64,000 bases of DNA from Eledone cirrhosa (Eukaryota): NCBI GenBank assembly GCA_964016885.1, contig OZ024741.1:82584001-82648000 (forward strand). The letters run 5' to 3'. The position numbers and the translations under genes were made by a program. Numbering within the stretch: the first letter of the stretch is position 1; each line of letters begins with the position of its first letter. Below the pieces are notes generated by a model. It was not told the DNA's origin. It saw nothing but the letters and a program-made list of their open reading frames with translations, and ran no database searches. Shown one piece after another: positions 40,308-53,208 of this stretch.

Positions 40308-40630
40308 GGCTGCAGGTAGTGGCTTGATATTCAATCCAACGGACTTTCCAGTTAACCAACATCAATGACTGAGATTCAAGGAATAACAATAACAATAATA
40401 ATAATAATAATAATTGTTTATTATATAGGCACAAGGCCAGCAATTTTGGCGGAGGGGAAAGTTGATTAAATCGACTCCAGTGCGTGACTTGTACTTTATT
40501 TTATCGACCCCGTAAGGATGAAAGACAAAGTTAAACTCGGGGGGATTTGAACTCAGATCATAAAGGGCCGTAACTCCATGCTGCAAAGCATGGCGTCCGG
40601 CCCGCTACCGACACTGCCAATCCACCGCCC

Positions 40631-40673
<43 letters not shown>

Positions 40674-40797
40674 TGTTTCTATTTTTGGCACAAGGCCAGC
40701 AATTACCCAATGCATTACTGGTACTTTATTCTATCGACCCCGGAAGGATGAAAGGCAAAGTTAACCTCGGCGGGATTTGAACTCAGATCATACAGGG

Positions 40798-40830
<33 letters not shown>

Positions 40831-41350
40831 CTCTGGATGTAGAGTTTTAACACCAGTAGAATACAGATATAGACATGACAGAGTTGGCCAATATCTACAC
40901 TGGGTAATATGTCGGCATTACAACACCAAATCTGAAGACCAGTGGTACAATCATCACCCTGAGGCTGTAACTGAAGGAGAAAAGGTAACATTTCTCTGGG
41001 ACTTTCCTATACATACTGACATGACGATAAAAGCAAATAGACCTGACATCATTGTAAAAGATCAACATAGCAAGGTCTGTTTATTGATAGATATGAGCAT
41101 CCTATGTGATCACAATATCGCGACAGAATTTGACAAGCTACGAAAATATAAAGATCTGCTTATTGAAATTGAGAAAATGAGGCGTCTCAAGGCCGTTACA
41201 ATACCAGTGATTGTGGGAGGACTGGGAATGATTAAGAAAGGAACAGAACAATATTTGCGAATGATTCCTGGCTTACCCTCTCTGCACGAGGTGCACAACA
41301 TTGTTTTGACTGGTACTGCACACGTATTGAGAAGAGCACTATCTCTGTAA
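40831..41350 (+). mobile_element. 5'-truncated RLE-domain fragment of a second Dong-like family
   Basis: RHDRVGQYLHW...WDFPIHTD..KANRPDII..LIDMS..KLRKYKDL..VIVGGLG..TAHVLRRAL; begins directly after (TAA)n. Confidence 0.85.
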
Positions 41351-41559
41351 GATTGATAGCCCCCCTTGTATTTACATATGCATATGCACATGCGTATATA
41401 TGTATACTGTTTTTTTTTATTCAATGTGCTGTATTAACTAGCTTACCAATGCACACTATGAATTTATTTGCCCTAGATGTCAGGAAAACACTCGGTATGC
41501 ATCTCAGAAACAATAACCAAAGAGAATAAAAATGATAATAATAATAACAACAACTAAAT

Positions 41560-42242
41560 TTTGACAAGGAGGCGGTTCGCTCACTGTGTGGGATCTGTGG
41601 AGAGAGAGAGAGGAGACTGTGGCTCACATTGTATCCGAGTTTACACACCTAGCCCATACTCACTATAAAGGCTGGAGACATGATGTGATAGCCAGAGTGA
41701 TACACTCGCATCTATGCAAAGTAAACAATTTACCACATTCTGGGAAGTGGTATGAGCATAAGCCAGAGTCGGTGATAGAAAATTATCAGGTGAAGGTGCT
41801 GTGGGATTTTAGGATACAGACGGACAAGAAACTGGAAAACAATAGACCTGACCTGGTGGTTGTGGACAAGGAAAAAAGATCGTGCCTGATTGTGGATGTG
41901 GCCTGCCCATTCGACACGAGAGTGCATGAGACGGAAAGGGAGAAAATTAACCGATACCAGGATTTAAAGTGGGAGTTAAAAAATATTTGGAACTGCCATG
42001 AAATCAAGGTCGTCCCGATTGTCATAGGCGCACTAGGTACTATCTCAAATAGTTTCTAAGGATGATTAAAGAAGATTATTCCAGCCACGCTTTTTGGAAC
42101 ACTTCAAAAGGCATGCTTGCTGGGACCAGCAAGAACCGTCCGATATGTCCTGAATATCTGAGGCTGCAGGCAGCGGCTTGATATTCATTTCAACAAACTT
42201 TCCAGTTAAATAACATCAATAACATAACAGAGACTCAAAGAA
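41560..42242 (+). mobile_element. 5'-truncated copy of the same Dong-like family (RLE + 3' UTR)
   Basis: Closely similar to 39710-40382, with a premature stop at 42059 and TAA-rich flanks. Confidence 0.9.
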
Positions 42243-42450
42243 CAATAATATTAATAATAATTGTTTCTACTTTTGGCACAAGGCCAGAAATTACCCAGTA
42301 CATTACTGGTACTTTATTTTATTGACCCCGTAAGGATGAAAGGCAAAGTTAACCTCGGCGGGATTTGAACTCAGAATGGCAAGGGCCGTAACTCTATGCG
42401 TCAAAGCATGGCGTCCGCCCCTCTACCGATACTGCCAATCCACCGTAAGG

Positions 42451-44700
42451 ATTTCATTTATTGGCCACAAGGGCTGAAATATAGGGGGCAATTCAAAAGA
42501 CTGGGACAGTGTGGGTTTACATTTACAACGTGTAAACAATATAAATAAGAATAAAAATACAACAGGAAAAATTCCCCAATAGGGGGCTTGACCACTCAGA
42601 GTTTACTCAAGTACCCCACCAATCCTGAACGACACGACGCTTCGAAAGCACGCGCGAAAGGCACCCTTCTCCTCCTCAAATTGACCCACCTACAGGCACA
42701 TAATCAGAGTAGGCCAACTCACACGGGCCATTCTCGCCACATTCACCCACCTTTCAGCATTTCTCCCTCCACCCTCACCTTCCTTTGCACGTGAAGTGCT
42801 TTCTTTATTAACCACGAGGGTTGACATAAGGTATAGCATTAAGGACGACACAGGACGGTACAAATGGGCATTTCTGCGCGTAAAGAAGAAAACAAACAAA
42901 AAAAAGGAAATGACAAAAAAAGAAACAAAGGAAAATTCCCTAAAAGGGGGAGACTTTGGAGGGACACTCGTGGAGACAGCCCATTAAAATAGCCAGGGTG
43001 ACCCTGACACCAGGGCAATTGCCCTCTCCCAGTTTTCCACCCTCAATTTACATGCTCATACTCAGAGCAGGCCCATTCACTCGGGCCATGCCTGGCTCTC
43101 TCACCCATCTTTCAACTAATTGCTGGGAAGAGAGCACTTTCCTCTCCACCCTGATTTTCCTTTCGAAATGAAATTTGAAAAAGTTAATCAGGGCATCACC
43201 TAAGAGGTAAGTGATCGTCTTCAACCCTTTCAAACGCGTCCACAACACAACCTCTTTCGCCACTAGGCAGATAAAAGCTGCCTGCCCTTCCTGACCAAAG
43301 GAAGGCGGCGGGGCAATCCTCACGATGGTCTAAGCTGATAGCTGGATCGGTCCTACATGCGAGAGCAGGTGTTCGACATAAACCCATAAGGAAGAAATGC
43401 TCGGACGCCGGACGAGTGCGTGCAGGACGGTTTCGTCGCCCTGCGCGCATATCGGTCAGGCCCGGCTGAAGGCATTTCCATGCCTGTAGAGTTTATTCCG
43501 ATCAGGTAAATCACCCGGTAGCACTGCTAGGACAGGGATTTCTGGAAGTTTTCCATGGACCCCCTACCTGAGAGTTCTCCAGAAGAGATTAACTAGTTGA
43601 TTTTCGTCGACACCCAAACCCTCCCCAAAGACGTCGTCCCTTTTTCCCTCGACTAACTCTCTATAGAACGCCAAGGCTGAGTTTCCACCGATCGCATCTC
43701 CTGATTGGTCGAGGGCTTTGAGTACCTAAAGACATTCAAATCTCCAAGCGCTCCCTCTCGTGATTCGCTTGACCCAGGACTGCAGTTCTGTCAAAGAGAC
43801 GAGCTGGATAAAAACGCGTCTAGCAAACGGCGACCACACCTGATCACCGTCGAGGAAAAGGTGGAGTTGTCTTAGCCTGAGTGCATGTTTGCGCATCATC
43901 AGCTATGGAACGCCCAGCCCTCCACGTAGAGGATCGCCTGACCATTGGAGCATGTCCCTTTCAAAAGAAGCGAAAGAGCAAACGCTCCAACGCAGTCAGG
44001 CGGGTCTTAGGAGATGGCACGACGGTCAGGCGATAGTAGATGACGGACGTGATGTAAGAGTTCGCCACCTCCGCTTGACCTTTCGGGGATAGCTTCCTCT
44101 CGGCCCATTTTTCTGTGATAGAAGTGACACTGCTCGTTACCTCGTCCCAGTTTTTGTCCGTGTGGAGCGCCTGAGCGAACCAGACCCCTAGCAATTTAAT
44201 CGGTCCGTCCGTCGAACGCCCGACGACGCTGTTGGGTGGCATTGACCTGCCTTTGCAGGTGCCGAGCCGCAGGCCCACCGACTTTTTCTGGTTGATCGTT
44301 GCTCCTGTAACCGCTTCGTATTATCTTAGTGAGGTTACGATCGCCTCGATGTGTTTGGCACTCGACACCACTACGGTAACTTCGACGGCATATGCTGACA
44401 CGATTCCCCCGCATCTCAGTTCGCGCTGGATGCCCCGCAACGTCTCCAGTTTGTTCTGTAATGGCTCGAGTGTTAATACGTACAAAAGGGACGAGAGGGG
44501 ACATTGCTGGCGGACTGAGCGCATGATGTTGAATGGTTCCGAAAGGTGACCATTGACTCTCACCATAGCGCAGATGTTGCAATGCATGGCAGTGATGCAG
44601 CCTCTGAAAATGGGCCCAAAGCCGGCCACCCTCAAGACCGACGCCGGATAACAATGGTCGAGTCTATCGAAAGCGTTTGACTGTTTTAATTTGATCAAGG
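42451..44700 (-). pseudogene. 5'-truncated, degenerate Tx1/L1-like LINE ORF2 (RT + C-terminal region) and 3' UTR
   Basis: QSNAFDRLDH..GFG...VRVNGHLSEPF..SVRQQCPLS.LLYVLTLEPL, SAYA, IKLLGVWF, W..RKLS..G, RGGLG; many frameshifts; 3' end cccttgtggccaataaatgaaat. A short CCHC fragment (CPRCAQSDETVVHALVQCP) lies at ~46007-46100 on +. Confidence 0.8.
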
Positions 44701-45793
44701 CTCCTCAAGGAGACAATACAATATATGTAGTAGGCTCGATAACGCAAAATTTGAAGTAATATATTAATATCGATATAACAAAAATGTACGTCTCCAGAAA
44801 AAGAAGTGGAACCTGCTAGACAGAAATCAACGAACCCTACCTAAAATGCCTGGCTTGTGTCTGACACTTATGGCTATATTGAAAATAAATTCAAAGAAAA
44901 TGCAACAAGCTGAAATAATTAAAAATAAAACATCAACATTATATCAAAAGGAAAAAGAAACGGAAACCAATACAAGTGACTTATTGATTGTTGATATATT
45001 ACACGTGTTCATTATATGAAAACCCGTTTATAACAAAAGTGTGATACTGGGACAAAGCAATCAAAAAATAAAAATATGGAGGTGTGCACTTTAAATTGAA
45101 GCAAAATATGTAATAGAAATAGTTGAGAACAAGCACGTTTCTCCTCGGCGAAGAACTTATTAATGTTTTCAAGTTTAACTTGTAGACAATAACGAGGATG
45201 GTGTGGGGAACTCTCCCTTCCAACCTCTTTGTTAAAAATGGAATGATAGTCTCGACACTAGCCTCTTGACTACAGTTTTTCCTCCAATCTACAGGTGTCT
45301 GATTGACTAGACACCTGTAGATTGGAGAACAACTGTGAGAGGGAATGGTCAGGATAACGGTGACTCTAGTTATTTTGCCCGCTACTGGGAATTTTTTTTT
45401 TTTTTTTCATGTTGGTTATTTACATATCACTACATTATTACACAAAAACTCACTTTCCCTCGTGTTATTATCCACGCTGTTAAGATCTGTTCCACCTTCA
45501 GATTTCTTTAAGTACTGCCTATCAAAATTACACTTATGAAACATACTGTAAGTAGTCATTAATGTACTTGTCGTTTAATCCAGTTGGACACTACGGCTTA
45601 ATACGGGATGTTTGTTTACAAACACACCGAGCATTATAATAAATGTTCGGTGAATCCATACGTACATATATATATGTGTGCATGTATGTATATATACGTC
45701 TGTATACATATATGTATGTACGTGTACATACTTATATTTAAGTAACAGCCGTACTAAGAGTGGAAAATGAAATTTCGTTTCATTTTTTCCGTT

Positions 45794-45846
<53 letters not shown>

Positions 45847-46303
45847 TAAAATAACAGATTAAATTTTATGCAAAAATCGCTGCTTCCATCCTTAACGAGA
45901 ACTTCTGAAAATAAACACTGAGTTATCAGAAGATCCCGTTAAGGGTGAAAGCACCGATTATTTGCTTAAACTTTAATCTGTTATTTTCATAAATATTTGC
46001 TCTATAGGAAGTGCCGTCAGCCGATTCTGTCCGAGATGTGCGCAGAGCGATGAAACCGTCGTGCACGCACTCGTTCAGTGCCCGAGCATTGCTGACTGAC
46101 TATCGCCACAGAATAGGAACCTGAAGATTGCGAAAGCATGAAAGTACTTGTTCAATTAACACTTAACATTTAATATTCTACCATACTATTTCATTATAAT
46201 ATCATTATAATTTTAAAGGATTGTAAATAAAACGAGTAAATGAGACAAAGCTGGAATTCCTTTTATTAATATAATCTTCTATACGCAATCATACACACCC
46301 ATG

Positions 46304-46363
<60 letters not shown>

Positions 46364-47409
46364 TATAACGAAGGAAAAGTGGTAAGGAACCAGGTGGACC
46401 ATAACGTACCAAAGTACTCAAAACTTAGGGTAGTAGAGTGGGTAATAGGAACGAGTAGGACCCCGACAGCTGAGCCCAAGCCGTTTCGACGGCTAGTGTG
46501 TGTGTGTGTGTGTGTGAAGGTTTATAAGACAGTTTGATTCGAAGGTATCTTTTATATCGCATCACTTAAATGTCCAAGCTGGCGAATATGGTAAATAGGT
46601 CCAGAAGATATCATGGAGTATATTAATATAAGCAAGTACTGCACCAAGAAAATTAAACGTCGGCGTGAAGCTAGTAGGAATTTATTTGCTTTGACATATG
46701 TTTCAGTGTTTATTTTAAATTGTCTACATATGCCGCTTCAATATATATTGTTCAATCATAGGCAATACTCAATTATTTATTACACTTCAGCACAATACCT
46801 ATAATTGTGTAATTCAACTATTCACTACGCGGTAGAATTCAGCAAATTTATCTGTGTCTATATCTCTATATCACTCTTTCTCACTCTCTCTCTCTATATA
46901 TATAGGCCACTTCAGCTACTCTTTGATTGTTGATAATGGACATCATGCTGGTTTAGAGGTTGTGCTTTTTCGATTCTAGTGAAATAATGGCAGTGAAGTG
47001 TTGCTGCTAGCAGTATTTCAGATTGTTGATTTTTTTGTTAATTCTTTTAATTTTACTGATAGGTGTTCTTCTATTTCTAGGGATTATGCACTTAGATTTG
47101 CTTACATATCTAAATCGGGTATGATTTGCACATATATTAGTTAGTGTCTTGAAATGTCTGCAAGGATTTATATATATATATATCTGTTTGTGTCTATATT
47201 GTATCTGTATTTTTGACCTTTGGTCAGTCAATGGTAACATTGAGGACCGAATAAATTAAATTTACCGATATAAAAGACACAAAGGGAATACCAACCAAAC
47301 AGTGAGTGTGTTCCGTTATTAATTCTGGCAATATAATTACACAAATATGACCCTCCCCAAATATAACAATATTTGTTCGACACACGATATCATATCAAAA
47401 ACCTCCCAA

Positions 47410-47485
<76 letters not shown>

Positions 47486-47673
47486 AGCAGTGAGTAGGAC
47501 CCCGACGGCTGAGCTCCAGCCGTTTCGAAACGGCTTGAGCTCAGCCGTCGGGGTCCTACTCGTTCCTATTACCCACTGTACTACCCTAAGTATCGAATAC
47601 TTTGGTGCGTTATGGTCCAACTGGTTCGTTACCACATTTCCTTCTTTATACATACATATACTGTATATATATA

Positions 47674-47744
<71 letters not shown>

Positions 47745-48392
47745 TAACAGATTAAAGTTCAAGCAAATAATCGCTGCTTTCACCCTTAACGGGATCTTCT
47801 GAAACTAAAGTATCGTCTTCCTGTCTTCCTTCGGCTGCAACGTGTTTTGAAATATTTACTTCTGCGTTCACAGATTGACATTTTTAGTGTCAGAAGTATC
47901 CCGTTAAGGGAGAAAGCAGCGATTCTTTGCTTAAAATTTAATCTGTTATTTTAATAAATATTTGCTCTACGGTTCTGATATATATGATATATATTTATCC
48001 TTATCGAGCCCTCTTTGGATTTTAGTCTTTAAATTTATTATTATTACTATATATATATAAGTATGTATACGTACATACATATATGTATACAGACGTACAG
48101 TAGTATGTGTATATATATATATATATACATATATGTATACAGACGTACAGTAGTATGTGTATATATATATATATATACATACTACTGTATATACATACAT
48201 GCAGACATATATATATGTACGTATGTATTCACCGAACATTTATTATAATGCTCGGTGTGTTTGTAAACAAACATCCCAAATTAGGCCGTACAGTGTCTAG
48301 CAACCATCGTTGCTCATTTGTCCAACCCTGACAAAGGAACGCTGTACTAATTTCAAGTTTATTAGCTATCGTCTGCAACGTATACCTCCCTG

Positions 48393-51300
48393 TCAGATGA
48401 TTGAACGTCTGGAAGTATTTACTTTCCTTATGCATGGTGATGGTGGGGCAGAAGGAGCAGGTGTATGCACAATGGTGAAAGATTGGGGTATTTGTGGCTC
48501 GGGTGTATGAGCGTCATTGTGTGCCCTTTTCAGTCTATCCACCGAAATTGTTTCTCTGGACCCCTTAACGTCTACTGTGAAATGTTTGTCAGTGCGTGCT
48601 AACACACGGTAGGGTCCAGAGTATGGTTGTGTGAGGGGTGGTCTCACAGCATCGTTCCTTACGAACACATGGGTCCACGAGGCAATGTCCCTCGGGACCG
48701 CATGTTTTACAGTTTGCTTCCTCGTATCCATCGGCGGCAGGTCCTGTAAATAAGAACGCAGACGGGATACGTAGGAAAGCGGATCTTGGAAAGCAAGATC
48801 AACAGGGGCAAGCATTTGCCCAGGCAACGCTAGAGGAGCACCGTAGATTAATTCGGCCGGGGAGAACCCAAGGTCCTCCTTTATTGATGACCGAATTCCT
48901 AATAACACAATAGGAAGGTACTCGCTCCAACGTTGAGAGTCTGGATAGGCGCGAAGAGCGGCCTTTAATTGGCGGTGGAATCGTTCCACCATTCCATTTG
49001 AAGCAGGATGATAGGCTGTGGTCCGAATCCGTTGAGCTCCAATTATCTTTGTGAGCTCAGAGAAGAGATGGGACTCGAATTGTCTACCGCGGTCTGTCGT
49101 GAGTGTAGTTGGTACCCCAAAGCGGGTAATCCACCCTGATACCAGGGCACGTGCTACAGTCTCAGCAGTCATGTCTTGTAAAGGGATGGCCTCAGGCCAT
49201 CTCGAAAAACGATCGACACACGTCAATATGTATGAATATCCACTGCTGAATGGCCAAGGTCCAACGATGGCAATGTGGATATGTTGAAACCGGGCATCTG
49301 GAGTGGTGAAAGTACCAAGTGGAGTCCGGATGTGTCTATGGATCTTCGATTTCTGGCAAGCGATACAGGAACGGCAAAAAACAGCAATGTCTCGCCTCAT
49401 ATTAGGCCAGAAGAATCTGGCTGTTATAAGTTTAACTGTGGCAGCCGATCCTGGATGAGAAATGTTGTGCAGAGCCAGGAACACAATTCGACGGTGAGTC
49501 TCAGGAACAAGTGGTCGTGGTGCATCAGTGGATACATCACAAAGGATCTGCCTGTCGGTGGTGGACAAGGGCAGATATTTGAAAATGCAAGTCGCAAATT
49601 CGGTGGAAAGAGTGTCCAACGATTGGAGTGCAGGTTGGTCTGCAGCTAAACGACCTAAATCGATGTCCTGGGATGACGAGATGGAGCAAATTGGCAAACG
49701 AGATAATGCGTCTGCAACTATGTTGTGCGAGCCGGCAATGTGCTGGATATCGTTTGTAAATTGTGAAACGTAGTCCAGGTGCCTTGTCTCTCTGGGCGAA
49801 TATCTGTCGGCTTTGGCCCTCAAAGCGAAGGTCAACGGTTTGTGGTCGGTAAAAACCGTAAAATTTCTCCCCTCAAGGATATGAGAGAAATGTTTCACCG
49901 ACAGATATATGGCTAATAATTCCCGCCCAAACGTGCTATAACGCGTTTCTGCTGGTTTCAACTTCTTCGAGAAAAATGCCAAAGGTTGTTGGCTTTCAGC
50001 GTAAGACTGCTGTAAAACTGCACCCACAGCGGTATCAGATGCATCAACACAAAGCGAAAGCTTGGCCTCTGGTACCGGGTGGGCTAGCAAAGAAGAACTA
50101 GCGAGGGCTGTCTTGGCAGACTGGAAGTCCTGAAGCTGTCCTTGTGTCAAGGAAATGTCTTCATTCTTCTTACGACGTTTTTTTAAAATGTCAGTAAGGG
50201 AAGATAGCCAATTAGCACAATGAGGAATGAAACGCCTATCGAAATTGATTAGGCCTAAGAAGTGACGCAACTGGTGAAGTGTAGTAGGCGGCGGTAACTC
50301 CTGTATGGCTTGAACTCGCTCAGGGAGCGGCCTAATACCTTCGGCGTCGATGAGGTGGCTTAAAAAATGTAGGGAAGTGGAACCGAAAACACACTTTGCA
50401 GGATTCACGCGAACGCGGTAATCCTGAAGTCGCCGAAGTAAGAGAAGCATGTGGCGCATATGCTCTTCCGGAGAGGAACTAGCGACGAGAATATCGTCTA
50501 TGTAAGCATAAACGAAGTCCAGACCACGCGTGACCTCGTCTATGAACCGCTGAAAAGTGCTAGCGGCGTTCCTGAGTCCGAAAGGCATGGTCAAAAATTC
50601 GAATGATCCGAAAGGGGTTGTAATTGCAGTTTTCGGAATATCCTCCTTCCTGACCGGAATTTGGTGGTAGGCTCGCACTAAATCTAGCTTAGAAAAAATC
50701 TTACACCCCTGCAGTGAAGATGCAAAATCGTGGAGATGGGGAATGGGATACCTATCCGGGACGGTCATGGCATTTAACCTCCTATAATCCCCTGTGGGTC
50801 TCCAGTCGCCGGAAGTCTTGGGCACCATGTGTAACGGTGAAGCCCAAGGACTCGTAGATGGGCGAATAATGCCCAGCTGCAGCATATGGTCGAACTCGGA
50901 CCGTGCTGCCTTTAATTTTTCCGTCGGTAAGCGGCGTGGGCGCGAAAACACTGGGGCACCGGTGGTGGAAACAAAATGTTCGGTCGAGTGTGTTGGGTCA
51001 GTGACTCGAAAATTTCCATCCGTGAGCTCCGGGAAAGAACCCAGTAACGCATGGTAAGCGTCACCAGCGGCAGCAATAAAGAACACGGGGCTGACTATTG
51101 GGGCCTTGGCTTCCTGGCCATGAATTGAAAAGCCGGTGATGTTATCCACCAGGCGTTGGCCACGGACGTCCACAGTTAAAGAGAAGTTGTGGAGGAAATC
51201 CGCTCCTAAGATGGGATATGGCAAATCGGCAACCGTAAAAATCCACTTAAAATCCCTTCGAAGATTTAGGAATTTAAGAGGGAGCGAGATTTGCCCGTAC

Positions 51301-51488
51301 GTCTTTATAGACGAGTGGTTAACTGCCTGCAGCGTGACAGATGCCTCTATGGGGGTATCTTTCAGGCAATGGACCGGCCAGATACTACAGGAGGCTCCTG
51401 TATCCACGAGGAAACCTCTTCCGGATATTAGGTCCTTAATGAAGAAATGGCGGTTTGGTGGCTTTATGTTGAGGCCATCTGTCCCCAT
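48393..51488 (-). CDS. pol: Pol polyprotein (PR-RT-RH-IN); true start is via -1 frameshift from gag; C-terminus runs into the flanking repeat
   Basis: [10 protein letters not shown]; [10 protein letters not shown]; RNase H VDASD..ELLAI..TDHKPL..ADALSR; integrase HHCC (H..SHPG..C..C) and TDRG..GMVERF. Confidence 0.92.
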   Translation of the reverse strand: MGTDGLNIKPPNRHFFIKDLISGRGFLVDTGASCSIWPVHCLKDTPIEASVTLQAVNHSSIKTYGQISLPLKFLNLRRDFKWIFTVADLPYPILGADFLHNFSLTVDVRGQRLVDNITGFSIHGQEAKAPIVSPVFFIAAAGDAYHALLGSFPELTDGNFRVTDPTHSTEHFVSTTGAPVFSRPRRLPTEKLKAARSEFDHMLQLGIIRPSTSPWASPLHMVPKTSGDWRPTGDYRRLNAMTVPDRYPIPHLHDFASSLQGCKIFSKLDLVRAYHQIPVRKEDIPKTAITTPFGSFEFLTMPFGLRNAASTFQRFIDEVTRGLDFVYAYIDDILVASSSPEEHMRHMLLLLRRLQDYRVRVNPAKCVFGSTSLHFLSHLIDAEGIRPLPERVQAIQELPPPTTLHQLRHFLGLINFDRRFIPHCANWLSSLTDILKKRRKKNEDISLTQGQLQDFQSAKTALASSSLLAHPVPEAKLSLCVDASDTAVGAVLQQSYAESQQPLAFFSKKLKPAETRYSTFGRELLAIYLSVKHFSHILEGRNFTVFTDHKPLTFALRAKADRYSPRETRHLDYVSQFTNDIQHIAGSHNIVADALSRLPICSISSSQDIDLGRLAADQPALQSLDTLSTEFATCIFKYLPLSTTDRQILCDVSTDAPRPLVPETHRRIVFLALHNISHPGSAATVKLITARFFWPNMRRDIAVFCRSCIACQKSKIHRHIRTPLGTFTTPDARFQHIHIAIVGPWPFSSGYSYILTCVDRFSRWPEAIPLQDMTAETVARALVSGWITRFGVPTTLTTDRGRQFESHLFSELTKIIGAQRIRTTAYHPASNGMVERFHRQLKAALRAYPDSQRWSEYLPIVLLGIRSSIKEDLGFSPAELIYGAPLALPGQMLAPVDLAFQDPLSYVSRLRSYLQDLPPMDTRKQTVKHAVPRDIASWTHVFVRNDAVRPPLTQPYSGPYRVLARTDKHFTVDVKGSRETISVDRLKRAHNDAHTPEPQIPQSFTIVHTPAPSAPPSPCIRKVNTSRRSII

Positions 51489-51512
51489 CAGAGGACCTCT
51501 TAAGCGTTTCCC
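51465..51512 (-). promoter_or_regulatory. -1 ribosomal frameshift signal
   Basis: G GGA AAC (51512-51506) is in the gag frame. A -1 slip reads GGG AAA CGC TTA AGA GGT CCT CTG ATG, in frame with pol. A stem GAGGTC/GGCCTC + TCTG/CAGA starts 6 nt downstream. Confidence 0.8.
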
Positions 51513-52294
51513 GCCTTATGATAGGAGCAAGGTTGCACGCAGTGCTTCGCGTTCTCCGCGAACCGCTCGTGGTACCAGCATAAGGCTGAACCAGGTGATT
51601 TGGACCGTCGTCTGAAACTTTGCGATCTCCCGCGACTGCGGGAGCGCGAACAGCCACCACACAAGGCCTTCATCTTGTGGAGCTCCATGGTTAGCTCCTG
51701 AATGGATCTTTGCATCGCAATGATCGCCAAGCTATCCGTTGGTGCTGCCGCGTAGATCGCACGGCCGTGCGTGGCCCGAGCTGGGTGTTGAACAGCGGCG
51801 AGGGGGTCGCTGTCTCCGGCATTCGTCACCTCGAATATCTTGTCCGCCGATGAGGCAAGCTGCTCAACCGAGCTCGAATCCCTCATGGGGGCCAAAATTG
51901 CCTGTACGTTCGTCGGCAGGCGCGAAAAGAACAACTGCTTCAGCAGGGCAGTTTCCGCTGCAGACCCCTCCGTTAGGTCCTTCATCCGCCTAAGGAGGTT
52001 CGATGGTGTGCCATCCCCTATGTGCTCCAGGTGGACCAGAGCCCTAAATCTCCTCTCTGACGACTGTTCTGTCCGGCTGAGTATTTCAGCCTTCAGAGAC
52101 GCGTACGACGACTCTGTCGTTGCCTCCAACACGAGGTCCTTGACCGCTGGGAGAATTGCCGGCGGAATGGCACTGAGGACCACAGAATGCTGTAGTTCCT
52201 CGTCGACTCTGTTCGCCCTGAAGAAAGCTTCTAATTGCGAGAACCACAACCTTACGTCGCCCGTGTACGTTGGCAGAACAGAGTGGGAAGCCAT
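51500..52294 (-). CDS. gag: Gag with a C-X2-H-X9-C-X3-C (CHCC) knuckle
   Basis: [10 protein letters not shown]...Y..LK..IL...[19 protein letters not shown] and [18 protein letters not shown]. Confidence 0.88.
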   Translation of the reverse strand: MASHSVLPTYTGDVRLWFSQLEAFFRANRVDEELQHSVVLSAIPPAILPAVKDLVLEATTESSYASLKAEILSRTEQSSERRFRALVHLEHIGDGTPSNLLRRMKDLTEGSAAETALLKQLFFSRLPTNVQAILAPMRDSSSVEQLASSADKIFEVTNAGDSDPLAAVQHPARATHGRAIYAAAPTDSLAIIAMQRSIQELTMELHKMKALCGGCSRSRSRGRSQSFRRRSKSPGSALCWYHERFAENAKHCVQPCSYHKAGNA

Positions 52295-52761
52295 TGGTAT
52301 GCCGTAGTGATCTACCGTATGGGGAAAATGTCTCTAAGGTAACAGTAAATGGAAACTAAAATCTTTCGTCAGAGCACTGAACCGGAAAACTAATGCATCC
52401 GGGACAGTGTGCGAACCAGCGATTACTTGAATGCTGTTATCTACGTTAATTTCGGGGGGCCTAAAAACTCAACAAAAAAAAATCCAACATGGCGGACTAT
52501 TTCGCGCCAAAACACTATTTAAAGAGAAGAGAGACTCCATCTTGTCATCCTCATAAAAATTATTTTTTTGCGAGAGAAGCGAAAGGCAGAAAAAGGAGAG
52601 AAAAGAGAATGGTGAAAACATTTATAGAATTGTGGTTTGTCTGCGTGTCAATAATTGTAGGTGTTATATTTTTCTCTTTTTTTTTTTTTTTTTTTTTTGT
52701 TTGTGTCTTATATCATATCAGATACACCGTATAACCATTTCCCATTGAAAAAAAAAATAAT

Positions 52762-52779
52762 ATCACGTCAGGGTCACCA
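52762..52779 (-). promoter_or_regulatory. Primer-binding site complementary to the tRNA-Trp 3' end
   Basis: The minus strand reads TGGTGACCCTGACGTGAT, a 17/18 match to the complement of the tRNA-Trp 3' end as recalled (ATCACGTCGGGGTCACCA), 1 nt from the LTR. Confidence 0.85.
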
Positions 52780-52780
52780 C

Positions 52781-53208
52781 TTTAGGAAATAGATATCGGT
52801 GCACATGCAACATAATATAAAAGACAAAGAGTACTGGTGTGTGTGATAAAGTTTTACTTCATAGAAGTCAAAGGTGTATAAGGTAAAGGGTTGTTACCCG
52901 ATGGCAATAATGCCATTGTGAAGTTGGTAGAAAATGTCTTGGCGCTCTCATCTCAGGCTGGTGAGCTGGATTGTGCTGGTAACGAAAGGGTCGTCCAGAA
53001 AGAATCACCAGCTATGGTCAAAGATGTTACCACTTCAGGAATCAGGAGGCGAGAGAGAGATTTCGCGGTTAATCGCTCCTTTTATCTCTGTTGACCGGAA
53101 GTGACCACTAAGGAGTTTGGTCAATCCCAAAGGGAAGCAACTCCACCTACTTCCTGTCTAGAGAACAGCGATTCGATTGTCGTGGCAGGGGAGGCAACTC
53201 TTACTACA
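52781..53208 (-). repeat. Single 5' LTR (~428 bp)
   Basis: Begins TGTAGTAA at 53208 and ends ...ttcctaaa (CA mutated) next to the PBS. No second copy is present in the window. Confidence 0.7.

Larger units (their letters stand above)
48436..53208 (-). mobile_element. Ty3/gypsy LTR retrotransposon of the CsRN1/Boudicca type, lacking the 3' LTR
   Basis: Has gag, pol, a tRNA-Trp PBS and one LTR. It interrupts a family-D repeat (ttatgcat|...|catattaacgg). Confidence 0.9.

Noticed and set aside
46578-46680. CAGAAGA...GAAG-ctag-TA, a possible further U4A hammerhead
   Set aside because: It is a single copy with GAAA mutated and weak stems, so it is not supportable.
47007-47170. Minus-strand NHTRFRYVSKSKCIIP, resembling a PLE N-terminus
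   Set aside because: It is too short and degenerate to call.
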